A stretch of DNA of 32,000 bases, from positions 240,001-272,000 of the forward strand of contig NC_016893.1 of the NCBI RefSeq assembly GCF_000247565.1, read 5' to 3'. Of this stretch, positions 22,624-32,000 are shown piece by piece. Numbering within the stretch: the first letter of the stretch is position 1; every line of letters starts with the position of its first letter. Origin of the DNA: Wigglesworthia glossinidia endosymbiont of Glossina morsitans morsitans (Yale colony). GTDB lineage: Bacteria > Pseudomonadota > Gammaproteobacteria > Enterobacterales > Enterobacteriaceae. The notes under the pieces are model-generated. The model had not been told where the DNA came from. It did no database searches and worked only from the letters and a program-made list of their open reading frames with translations. Both the position numbers and the translations under genes were made by a program.

Positions 22624-23936
22624 AACCAATTTTTAATTTTAAATATAAGTTGATATATTATTGACGAGAATGCAATACTCCCTGTAACCCATAAGAACAA
22701 ATTAATTAATTTTTCAGATCGGTATTGTTGCATACTGGGCAAAGTATATATTGCATATGTCGGAATTAAAAATAAAATTATTGCTATAATTGGTCCGCTT
22801 ACATATTCGATAATTTCAAGTATACTGGGATTAAATACTGCCGAAAACCATGCACTAATAAAAACTATACTATTTATTGTGATATTTTTTATATAAAAAT
22901 TTTTTTTATTGTTGTATTTTTTAAAAATCAAAACAAATACATTATTTAGTCCTTCTTTCGCTCCTATGTAATGTCCAAGAAATGATTTAGTAATAGCTAT
23001 TGTTGCTAATATAGGACCAAAATCTTTTAAAAAAGAATTTTGAAAACGTATTGAAAAATAAGATAAAATTGATACGTTTTGATTTTTAGCTTCTATCATT
23101 TCTTCTGTTGTGATACTAAATATGCAGCTACATACAAAAAATATTACAGTAGTTGTCATTAAAATATGACTATAAAATAGTATTCGAGGACATATTTTTT
23201 TAGCGTATATTTGACATTCTTTTTTTTTATTAATTACGAAAGATGAAATAATAGGAGAATGATTAAAAGAAAATATTATTATTGGAATAAGATTCCATAT
23301 TGCATGATAAATTTTAAAATTATATTGATGAAAAAAATTTTTTAATTCATGAAAAATAGAAAAATTCCAAAATTGTATTAAATAAAAAGATAAAAATAAT
23401 AAAGATAGAATAAATGGAAATACTAAAATGCTCATAAATTTAACAATAAACTTTTCTCCTATTAAAATAATAAACATTAATAAAAAAATTAAAAAAGAAG
23501 CAAGTATAAAACGCGGTATCTCGTAACCATTTATATGATGCGTTATGAAAAAATTCACCGTGTTAGTAATTGCCGTACTATATATGAGTAATATTGGATA
23601 AATAGAAAGAAAATATAAAATAGAAAATAACAAAGATGCTTTGCCCCCAAAATTTTCGTCTATCACCTGAGAAATACTCGAATCTTTTTTATTTCCTAAT
23701 AATACTAGACGTGCCAAATTTCTATGCGATAAAAATGTTATTGGAAAAGCAATTATTATTAAAATTAATAAATATAATATTCCTCCAATACCGATATTAA
23801 TTGGTAAAAACAAAACTCCTGCTCCTATTGCAGTTCCATATAAACTTAATATCCATGTGATGTTATTTTTATTAAAAATATTATGATAATCTTGATATTT
23901 TTTTTTAAAATAATTTTTTTTAAAATTTTCTAACAT
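22620..23936 (-). CDS. sdaC: HAAAP-family serine/threonine:H+ symporter (SdaC/TdcC-like)
   Basis: 438 aa polytopic membrane protein. LYGTAIGAGVLFLPIN, IYPILLIYS.AITNTV, MSILVFPF, FSFNHSPIISSF and ITKSFLGHY match E. coli SdaC as I recall it. The paralogue assignment (sdaC vs tdcC/yhaO) is uncertain. Confidence 0.8.
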   Translation of the reverse strand: MLENFKKNYFKKKYQDYHNIFNKNNITWILSLYGTAIGAGVLFLPINIGIGGILYLLILIIIAFPITFLSHRNLARLVLLGNKKDSSISQVIDENFGGKASLLFSILYFLSIYPILLIYSTAITNTVNFFITHHINGYEIPRFILASFLIFLLMFIILIGEKFIVKFMSILVFPFILSLLFLSFYLIQFWNFSIFHELKNFFHQYNFKIYHAIWNLIPIIIFSFNHSPIISSFVINKKKECQIYAKKICPRILFYSHILMTTTVIFFVCSCIFSITTEEMIEAKNQNVSILSYFSIRFQNSFLKDFGPILATIAITKSFLGHYIGAKEGLNNVFVLIFKKYNNKKNFYIKNITINSIVFISAWFSAVFNPSILEIIEYVSGPIIAIILFLIPTYAIYTLPSMQQYRSEKLINLFLWVTGSIAFSSIIYQLIFKIKNWF

Positions 23937-24107
23937 AAATTCTCCATATTTTTTATTTTACTTGATTATTTTATTGAAATATCAGATAAATACATATTTA
24001 ATTGTTATTCTTAAAATAAATTTAAATAGCGTTGATTAGTTATTTGTTTTAAGTAAAAAATATATGTGATTGAAAAATAACATTTATAGATAAATTTTAA
24101 AATTTTA

Positions 24108-25097
<990 letters not shown>

Positions 25098-25550
25098 TTA
25101 ATAGTAGTTTGTGTTTATAAAATTTTGTACATGTTTAATATAAAATGTTAAATTCTATATATTATACACTGAATTAAAAATATGTTAGAATTTAGTATAA
25201 ATATAAAATAGTTTAATATTATTTATTTTTTATTAAAAAATCTAAAAATAATTTTTTTAAATTTAAATAACAAGGTTTATTATTTAAATCTAAAATTTAA
25301 TTTTTAATAATATATTAATTTTTTTTTAAAAATTTTTTTATTTAAAACTAAAAAATAAAATCTCAAGATTATTCTTTTAATTTTTAAAATAAAATTTAAG
25401 TATCAATAAAAATAAATCTATAAAAAAATTCTATTTTATTTAAAATACAGATAAATAACATATCAGCAATCTTAAAAAGATATAATTTTTATGAAATTTT
25501 TCTTTAAAACTATATTTTTGCATTTTAATTAACGAATTAAATCTTTAATT

Positions 25551-26055
25551 ATGTTAAAAAAAATTTATTTTTTTGATATTTTAATAAAATTAATATTAAT
25601 TTACTTATTTTTAACTATTATAAGTTTTCAAGAAATAGATTCTAATTGGTTTAAAATATCTTTTCAAGATACTGTCGTTAATTTTGGTGGAAAATTTGGT
25701 GCTCAATTATCTGCTACTCTTTTTTTATTTTTTGGAAAAATAACATATATTATCCCATTAGTATTATATTCTATTTTTTGGAGATTTTTTTTTTAAAAAA
25801 AAATACGAAATAAATTTTGTACATATTACATGTATTATAATACATAGTTTTTTATTTATTATATTATCTTGTTGTTTATTATCTTTAAATTTTAATTTTT
25901 TATCAAACGACAATTTTCTTGGAGGAATAATTGGAATCACATTGAATATTATTTTTCAAAAAATGTTAATAAATATATATTATATAATTTTAATCACAAT
26001 ATTTTTATGGATATACAGTTTAATTTTATTCATTTTATGCTTTATTAAAAAATAA
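25551..26055 (+). pseudogene. ftsK: ftsK remnant: N-terminal membrane (division) domain only, split by a 1-nt frameshift in a T10A9 tract; the linker and motor domains are absent
   Basis: ORF 25551..25796 (NFGGKFGAQLSATLFLFFGKITYIIPLVLYSIFW) aligns with E. coli FtsK [29 protein letters not shown]..CWF. The next frame, 25801..26055 (KYEINFVHITCIIIHSFLFIILSCCLLSLNFNFLSNDNFLGGIIGITL...), continues the alignment (YIDYFAVSLRIIGVLALILTSCGL...FASGGVIGSLL). It lies in the syntenic position trxB-(lrp)-ftsK-lolA. Confidence 0.8.
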
Positions 26056-26163
26056 TTACAATTTTAATTAAAATTTATAAAAAAATAAAAATTAATTTAT
26101 TTATACATTAAATAAATTCAAAAAAATTATACTACGTTTTAATTAACAAATAAAAATTTCATC

Positions 26164-26796
26164 ATGTCTACTATTTTTTATATGATAAAAAAACTCTATA
26201 TATATATGATATTGTATATATATTTAATTATTTATAATGTTTTTTCTGACGATTCATATCTTTTATCAAAAAGATTAAGATTAATTAATAGTTTTTACGC
26301 AGGAATAACGCAAAAAATTATCAGTTCTTCAGGAGATCTCGTGCAAGAAAGTTCAGGTGAGATTTGGATGAAAAAACCAAATTTGTTTAAATCACATATT
26401 TTTTCTCCTTACGAAAGTATTGCAGTATCTGATGGAAAAACATTATGGTTATATGATTCTACTACTAATCAAGTTATAGCTTATTGGTTGCATCAAATCA
26501 TTAATGATACTCCTTTATATTTAATTATGAATCATGATCAAAACCATTGGAAAAATTTTCACATAAAAAGTATTGGCAATATTTTTTATATTTTTTCTAA
26601 AACTAAAAATTCCAGTTTTAAAAAAATTACTATAATTATTAATAATCAAGGAATTTTAAAAGAACTAAATATATTAAGTAACATTAATTATCAAACAAAT
26701 TATTCATTTCATATAAAAAATACTAAATTATATCCTAATTTTAAATTTAACTTTAAAATTCCAAAAGGGGCTACATTAGATGATCAAAGAAAATAA
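26164..26796 (+). CDS. lolA: outer-membrane lipoprotein carrier protein LolA
   Basis: Has FYAGITQK, GEIWMKKPNLF, VSDGKTLWLYD and the C-terminal LDDQRK, matching E. coli LolA. The internal ATG at 26182 (MIKKLYIY...) gives a more typical 22-aa signal peptide. Confidence 0.9.
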   Translation: MSTIFYMIKKLYIYMILYIYLIIYNVFSDDSYLLSKRLRLINSFYAGITQKIISSSGDLVQESSGEIWMKKPNLFKSHIFSPYESIAVSDGKTLWLYDSTTNQVIAYWLHQIINDTPLYLIMNHDQNHWKNFHIKSIGNIFYIFSKTKNSSFKKITIIINNQGILKELNILSNINYQTNYSFHIKNTKLYPNFKFNFKIPKGATLDDQRK

Positions 26797-26861
26797 AAAA
26801 TTGATAATTTTTTTTTAAATTAAAATTAAATTTTTTTAAATATATTTATAAGAGAAATAAT

Positions 26862-28151
26862 ATGATTAATCCAAAATTTTTACGCAATAATATTGAAGAA
26901 GTTTCTAAAAATTTATCTTTAAGAAATTTTATTTTAAATATCGATAAAATTCAAAAATGGAACAAAATTAGAAAAAACTTGCAACTAGAAGTAGACAAAT
27001 TAAGATCTCAACGTACATTACAAGCAAAAAAAATTCATATTTTAAAAATACAAGGTAGCAGTATCGAAATTTTAAAAAAAGAATCGTTTGAAATTAATCA
27101 ATTATTAAGCATTAAAAAAACACAGCTGGATTCTATAAAGAAAAAAATAAATGATTATTATTATTCTATCCCTAATCTTTTATCTAAAGATGTACCTTTA
27201 GGAAATAATCAAAGTCGAAATGTTGAAATAAAACGTTGGGGTCATCCAAAAAATTATCAATATAAAATTAAAAATCATGTAGAAATTGGAGAAAATTTAC
27301 ATCAATTAAGTATATCACGAGCTGCAAAAATATCTGGTAGTAAATTTGTACTTCTATGCGATAATATTGCACATATGCATCGTGCATTATCGCAATTTAT
27401 GATGGATTTACATACAATAAAACATGGATATATAGAATATTATTTACCTTATCTTGTACATAAGGACATGTTATATGGAACTGGTCAATTACCTAAATTT
27501 TACAATGATTTTTTTTATGTAACATCATATTATAAAAAAAAATATCATAATTACACATTAATTCCTACAGCAGAAGTTCCATTAATAAATTTAATGCGCA
27601 ATGAAATTATAGAAGAAAAAACATTACCAATTAAAATGACGGCTCATACTCCATGTTTTCGTTCAGAAGCAGGTTCATACGGCCAAGATACTCGAGGGTT
27701 AATTCGTGTACATCAATTTGATAAAATTGAAATTGTACAAATTGTGAAACCTGAACAATCTATGCAAGCTTTGGAAGAAATTACACTGCATGCAGAACAT
27801 ATACTCGAATTATTATGCTTACCTTATAGAAAAATACTATTATGTTCAGGAGATACTGGGTTTTCTTCATGCAAAACATATGATTTAGAAGTCTGGATGC
27901 CGTCGCAAAACATATATAAAGAAGTTTCTTCATGTTCGAATACTAGCGATTTTCAATCTAGACGTATTAAATTGCGTTATAAAGATAAAAAAAATAAAAA
28001 AATACAATTTGCTCACACATTAAACGGATCAGCTTTAGCTATCGGAAGAACGTTAGCAGCAATAATCGAAAATTATCAAACAAAAGACGGCTATATTGTA
28101 ATCCCTAAAGTATTACGATCTTATATGCAAGGAAAATCTATCATTCAATAA
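26862..28151 (+). CDS. serS: seryl-tRNA synthetase SerS
   Basis: 429 aa with an N-terminal coiled-coil arm and the class II motifs (LIPTAEVPL, CFRSEAGSYG.DTRGLIRVHQF, GSALAIGRTLAAIIENYQ). Confidence 0.96.
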   Translation: MINPKFLRNNIEEVSKNLSLRNFILNIDKIQKWNKIRKNLQLEVDKLRSQRTLQAKKIHILKIQGSSIEILKKESFEINQLLSIKKTQLDSIKKKINDYYYSIPNLLSKDVPLGNNQSRNVEIKRWGHPKNYQYKIKNHVEIGENLHQLSISRAAKISGSKFVLLCDNIAHMHRALSQFMMDLHTIKHGYIEYYLPYLVHKDMLYGTGQLPKFYNDFFYVTSYYKKKYHNYTLIPTAEVPLINLMRNEIIEEKTLPIKMTAHTPCFRSEAGSYGQDTRGLIRVHQFDKIEIVQIVKPEQSMQALEEITLHAEHILELLCLPYRKILLCSGDTGFSSCKTYDLEVWMPSQNIYKEVSSCSNTSDFQSRRIKLRYKDKKNKKIQFAHTLNGSALAIGRTLAAIIENYQTKDGYIVIPKVLRSYMQGKSIIQ

Positions 28152-29080
28152 AGACTAATTAATCAATTTATCGTAAATATTTTAAAAAAAGTTTTATTAA
28201 AAATTTTTTTGATATTATCCAGTAAAATTTAATTTATAAAAAAATTGAATAAATATAAAAAAATTAAAAAATAAACAATACGAATATGATTATATTTAAA
28301 AAATATATATTACTTATTGGTAATAACTTTTTCGAAGATATTTTGAACTATTTTAATTGCTTAGATCATCAAAAACTGTTTTTTATAAAAAAAATCATAA
28401 AGATAAAATTATTGAAAATTTATAATTTTTTAAAAATTATAAATAATTCTCGAATATAAAAATTATAAAATTTTTTACTTTTTAAATAAAAGTAAAACTT
28501 TTTATCTTCAAAAAATTTTAAATAAATTTTAATTTGGTAGTTGTTAATTATTTTTTTATAACATTTAATACTAAATAGTTAAAAATTTTATTTTTATTTT
28601 AAAATATTTAAAGATATATAGATTAAAAATTTTTAATTTATAAACTATAATGTTCATTTTATTGTTAAATAAAAAAAATTGAAAACTAAAATACACAACA
28701 TTTAATGTAATTTTAAATTAAAATATATTATAAATTTTTTAAATCAATTTTTATTTCTGATTTTTTTAAATATATATTATTTTCATATAATTAGTTTTTT
28801 AAATTTTTAATACTATTTTATATAAATTAAATATTTTTAATTTTTATCAACTTTATGTAAGAAAAATGAATATTTTTTTTTATTTATACAACAAAAAAAT
28901 TTTAAATTAATTTTAATTTTTTATAAAAAATCAGTTATATCTTTATTTATTAAAAAAATATTTTTATATAAGTAAATTTTGCAAAAAATATCTTAAGTAA
29001 GATTTTAGAATTTTTTTTTAAAAAACTATTTTTTTGAAAAAAAAGATTATAAAATATTAATTAAAATTGAATTAATTTAA

Positions 29081-29109
29081 CCGGAGTTTATTTAAAAAAT
29101 AAGCTCCGG
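29081..29109 (-). terminator. probable rho-independent terminator of ahpC
   Basis: Stem ccggag (29081..29086) / ctccgg (29104..29109), extendable by 3 bp after one mismatch. It sits 14 nt downstream of the ahpC stop and on the minus strand is followed by T-rich sequence. It is the only GC clamp in about 1 kb. Confidence 0.6.
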
Positions 29110-29122
29110 AAAAATATAAGTA

Positions 29123-29722
29123 CTATAAATCGTTTAGATGCTTAGATAAGTATTCAGAAACCCCATTTTTTGAAGGAATCATTCCAGATTTATTTTTTCT
29201 CCATTGCGCTGGACAAACATGACCATGAGTTTCATGAAAACTTAATGCATCGATAACGCGTATAATTTCATCAATATCTCTTCCTAAAGGCAAATCATTT
29301 ACTATTTGATGACGAATTATCCCATCTTTATCAATTAAAAAAGACGCTCTTAACGCTACTCCTAGATGAGGATGTTCAACATGGTACGACTGTATAATAT
29401 CTCTTTTTATATCTGATACCATAGGATATTTAACTGGACCAATTCCTCCTTTTTGAATTTCAATTGATTGCCATGTTTGATGTGAATATACAGTATCTAT
29501 CGATACACCTATGATGTTGACATTTCTATTTTTAAATTCATTATATCTTTTGTTAAATGCAATTAATTCTGATGGACATACAAATGTAAAATTCATTGGC
29601 CAAAAAAATAAAACAGCAGTTTTATTTTTTATATAGTTAGATAAATTAAAATCTTGTATGATCTTCCCGTTTGGAAAAATTGCAGGTGCAGTAAAATCAT
29701 GAAATTTATGTGCAATTAACAT
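29123..29722 (-). CDS. ahpC: typical 2-Cys peroxiredoxin (AhpC/TsaA family)
   Basis: 199 aa with the peroxidatic Cys motif FTFVCPSE and the resolving Cys in HGHVCPAQW. No ahpF is adjacent. Confidence 0.9.
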   Translation of the reverse strand: MLIAHKFHDFTAPAIFPNGKIIQDFNLSNYIKNKTAVLFFWPMNFTFVCPSELIAFNKRYNEFKNRNVNIIGVSIDTVYSHQTWQSIEIQKGGIGPVKYPMVSDIKRDIIQSYHVEHPHLGVALRASFLIDKDGIIRHQIVNDLPLGRDIDEIIRVIDALSFHETHGHVCPAQWRKNKSGMIPSKNGVSEYLSKHLNDL

Positions 29723-29972
29723 AGTAAATTCCTTATAAATTATAAAATAATAAAGTATTATTATATAATAAAAATATTTTTGTTAAATAAAACTTTATTA
29801 AAAATATAAAATTTGTATTCATTAATTTTTTTATTTTATAAAAAATATTCTATATAATTTTTTATAGTTTAAATTTTAAAATAAATAATATATGATAAAT
29901 TTATAATATATAAATTCTTTATTAATAAGATTCAAAACATTCTATATAACTTATATGTAAGTCATTATTTAT

Positions 29973-31061
29973 ATGAAAAAAATTTTTAATTTCAATGCCG
30001 GTCCAAGCATGTTACCTAAAGCGGTATTAGTAAAAATAAAAAATGAGTTATTTAATTGGAATAATACTAAAGTTTCCATAATGGAGATAAGTCATCGTAA
30101 TCAAAAATTTTTAGATTTAATTGAGATAATGAAAAAAGATCTAAAAGATCTTTTAAATATTCCTAAAAACTATAATATCTTGTTTTTACAAGGAGGAGCG
30201 CGTACACAATTTTCTAGTATTCCAATAAATTTAATCAAAAATGCATCAGAAACAGCAGACTATATTAATAGTGGATATTGGGGGGAATATGCAGCATGTG
30301 AAGCTAAAAAATATTGTATAGTAAATTTAATTGATGTAATTTATCAAAAAAAATCGCAAAAATTTATTTTACCTATGAAATTATGGAAAATTTCAAAAAA
30401 TAGCAAATACATACACTATTGTCCAAATGAAACGATAGACGGAATTGCAATACATAATACGCTAAATTTTAAAAATAAAATAATTATAGGCGATTTTTCA
30501 TCTACTTTTCTCTCTAGTCCCATTGATATTAATAAGTTCGGAATTATTTATGCTAGTTCACAAAAAAATATTGGTCCATCAGGAATGACTGTAGTAATTT
30601 TTCGTAATGATTTAGTTTTTAGTAAAAATATTACTATACCGTCTTGTTTAAATTATCAATTATTATATAAACATAATTCTCTTTTTAATACACCGCCAAC
30701 TTTTACTTGGTACGCATCTAGCTTAGTATTAAAATGGTTAAAATCTCAAGGAGGATTATTAAACATGCATAAAATAAATCAAAAAAAATCTAAACTACTC
30801 TATAATGCTATAGATAAAAGTAACTTTTATCATAATAATATTGCTCATGAATATCGTTCTTACATGAACGTAATATTTCATTTACCAAATGAAACTTTGA
30901 ACAATCTTTTTTTAAAATTATCGCAAAATTCTGGTTTGCTTTTTTTACAAGGACATCGCGTTGCAGGCGGTATTAGAGCATCTTTATACAATGCAATGCC
31001 AATATCAGGAGTTAAAAAATTAATAAAATTTATGAAATATTTTGAAAAAAATTATGGATAA
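29973..31061 (+). CDS. serC: phosphoserine aminotransferase SerC
   Basis: 362 aa with FNFNAGPSMLP, FLQGGAR.QF and the PLP-lysine region SSQKNIGPSG. Followed by aroA, as in the E. coli serC-aroA operon. Confidence 0.95.
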   Translation: MKKIFNFNAGPSMLPKAVLVKIKNELFNWNNTKVSIMEISHRNQKFLDLIEIMKKDLKDLLNIPKNYNILFLQGGARTQFSSIPINLIKNASETADYINSGYWGEYAACEAKKYCIVNLIDVIYQKKSQKFILPMKLWKISKNSKYIHYCPNETIDGIAIHNTLNFKNKIIIGDFSSTFLSSPIDINKFGIIYASSQKNIGPSGMTVVIFRNDLVFSKNITIPSCLNYQLLYKHNSLFNTPPTFTWYASSLVLKWLKSQGGLLNMHKINQKKSKLLYNAIDKSNFYHNNIAHEYRSYMNVIFHLPNETLNNLFLKLSQNSGLLFLQGHRVAGGIRASLYNAMPISGVKKLIKFMKYFEKNYG

Positions 31062-31099
31062 AACAAAATTTAAATTTAGATATTGTTAGTATAAATAAT

Positions 31100-32000
31100 A
31101 TGAATAATAGTATTGTTATAAATCCTATTTCTTATGTGTACGGTAATGTGTATCTTCCAGGATCAAAAAGCATATCTAATCGCGCAATTTTATTATCGGC
31201 GCAAACCGAAGATCAAACACAATTAATTAATCTTCCAAATAACGATGATATCACAGTGATGTTGCAAGCTCTTAATTGTTGCAAAGTAAAATATAAATAT
31301 CATTGCAACAATCAAACCTGTAACATTCAAGGCAATAAAAATGCATTAAAAAGTTTTGCCGAAATTATATTTCTTAAAAATTCTGGTACTGCTATGCGTT
31401 TGCTTACTGCAGCATTTTCTATAAGAAAAAATAATGTTGTTTTAATGGGCAGTGATAGAATGCATCAAAGACCAATTGGACCTTTAGTAGATGCTTTAAG
31501 ACAAGGTGGTGCAAAAATTAATTATTTAAATAAAAAAAATTTCCCGCCATTAAAAATTTTTGGAGGATATCGTGGAGGTCATATTACAATTAACTGCAAT
31601 ATTTCTAGTCAATTTTTAACTGCTTTACTCATCATGGCCCCATTAGCACCAAAAGATACAGTAATTTATATAAAGAAAAAAATCACTTCACTATCTTATA
31701 TTAAAATGACAATGTCTATAATGAAAATTTTTAATATTTTTGTTCAACATAATAATTATAAAATTTTTTATTTAAAAGGAAAATGTTTTTATAAATCACC
31801 TAAAAAATACGTTATCGAAGGAGATGCATCAAGTGCTTCTTATTTTTTAGCAGCAGGAGCTATAAAAGGGAAAAACGTGCAAGTTTTTGGTATAAATAAA
31901 GATAGTATACAAGGTGAAATTAAATTTGCACATATTTTAAAAAATATCGGTGCTAATATTCATTATGGAAAAAATTATATCTTATGTTCACGTAATCATC
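31100..32000 (+). CDS. aroA: 3-phosphoshikimate 1-carboxyvinyltransferase AroA (5' partial, runs off the window)
   Basis: My own translation from the ATG at 31100 is open to the window end. It reads MNNSIVINPISYVYGNVYLPGSKSISNRAILLSA...NSGTAMRLL...RPIGPLVDALRQGGAKINYL...SSQFLTALLIMAPLAP...EGDASSASYFLAAGAIKG, colinear with E. coli AroA. It is missing from the ORF track because no stop codon is reached. Confidence 0.93.
   Translation, partial: MNNSIVINPISYVYGNVYLPGSKSISNRAILLSAQTEDQTQLINLPNNDDITVMLQALNCCKVKYKYHCNNQTCNIQGNKNALKSFAEIIFLKNSGTAMRLLTAAFSIRKNNVVLMGSDRMHQRPIGPLVDALRQGGAKINYLNKKNFPPLKIFGGYRGGHITINCNISSQFLTALLIMAPLAPKDTVIYIKKKITSLSYIKMTMSIMKIFNIFVQHNNYKIFYLKGKCFYKSPKKYVIEGDASSASYFLAAGAIKGKNVQVFGINKDSIQGEIKFAHILKNIGANIHYGKNYILCSRNH

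Noticed and set aside
28215-28223. DnaA-box-like TTATCCAGT (7/9 match to TTATCCACA) in the long serS-ahpC spacer, considered as a hint of an origin
   Set aside because: It is a single imperfect match with no cluster of boxes and no adjacent origin-type genes. A hit like this is expected by chance.
28286-28459. 57-codon ORF (MIIFKKYILLIGNNFFEDILNYFNCLDHQKLFF...) in the gene-free tract
   Set aside because: It has no SD, no homology I recognise, and a length compatible with chance. It is mentioned only as something to test with comparative data.
28473-28497. 10-bp perfect hairpin ttttactttt / aaaagtaaaa followed by a T-run, considered as a terminator
   Set aside because: The stem is almost entirely A/T and sits about 320 nt from the serS stop. 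Palindromes like this arise readily in DNA of such low GC content.

Overview
This window is very AT-rich and gene-dense. It reads as core chromosome of a genome-reduced gammaproteobacterial (Enterobacterales-derived) obligate insect endosymbiont. The composition and the retained thiCEFSGH operon resemble Wigglesworthia-type symbionts, but I cannot verify the organism from sequence alone. Nearly every long ORF is a recognisable housekeeping gene. In order they are: murB (plus the start of a coupled downstream ORF), purH-purD, hupA, hemE, thiC-thiE-thiF-thiS-thiG-thiH, hspQ, rpiA, glyA, ssb, dnaB, plsC, aroE, tsaC, def-fmt, trkA, an SdaC-like serine transporter, trxB, an ftsK remnant, lolA, serS, ahpC, serC and the 5' part of aroA. 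Blocks of E. coli-like gene order survive (purHD/hupA/hemE/thi; aroE-tsaC/def-fmt-trkA; trxB-ftsK-lolA-serS; serC-aroA), with the intervening genes deleted. I found no rRNA, tRNA, CRISPR, IS or phage genes, and no defence-type gene cluster. I cannot support a discrete novel multi-gene system here. The observations worth a second look are at gene level. (1) thiF has a single in-frame TGA at what I recall as a conserved Trp codon, and the conserved C-terminal third is still open downstream. (2) ftsK is reduced to its N-terminal membrane domain and split by a 1-nt frameshift inside a T10A9 tract. (3) murB homology runs 38 codons upstream of the first canonical start codon to an ATA/ATT with a well-spaced GGAG. 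(4) hspQ is relatively GC-rich and highly conserved, with a sigma32-like promoter. (5) thiC has no recognisable TPP riboswitch upstream. (6) A gene-free tract of about 970 bp with very low GC sits at a synteny breakpoint between serS and ahpC.
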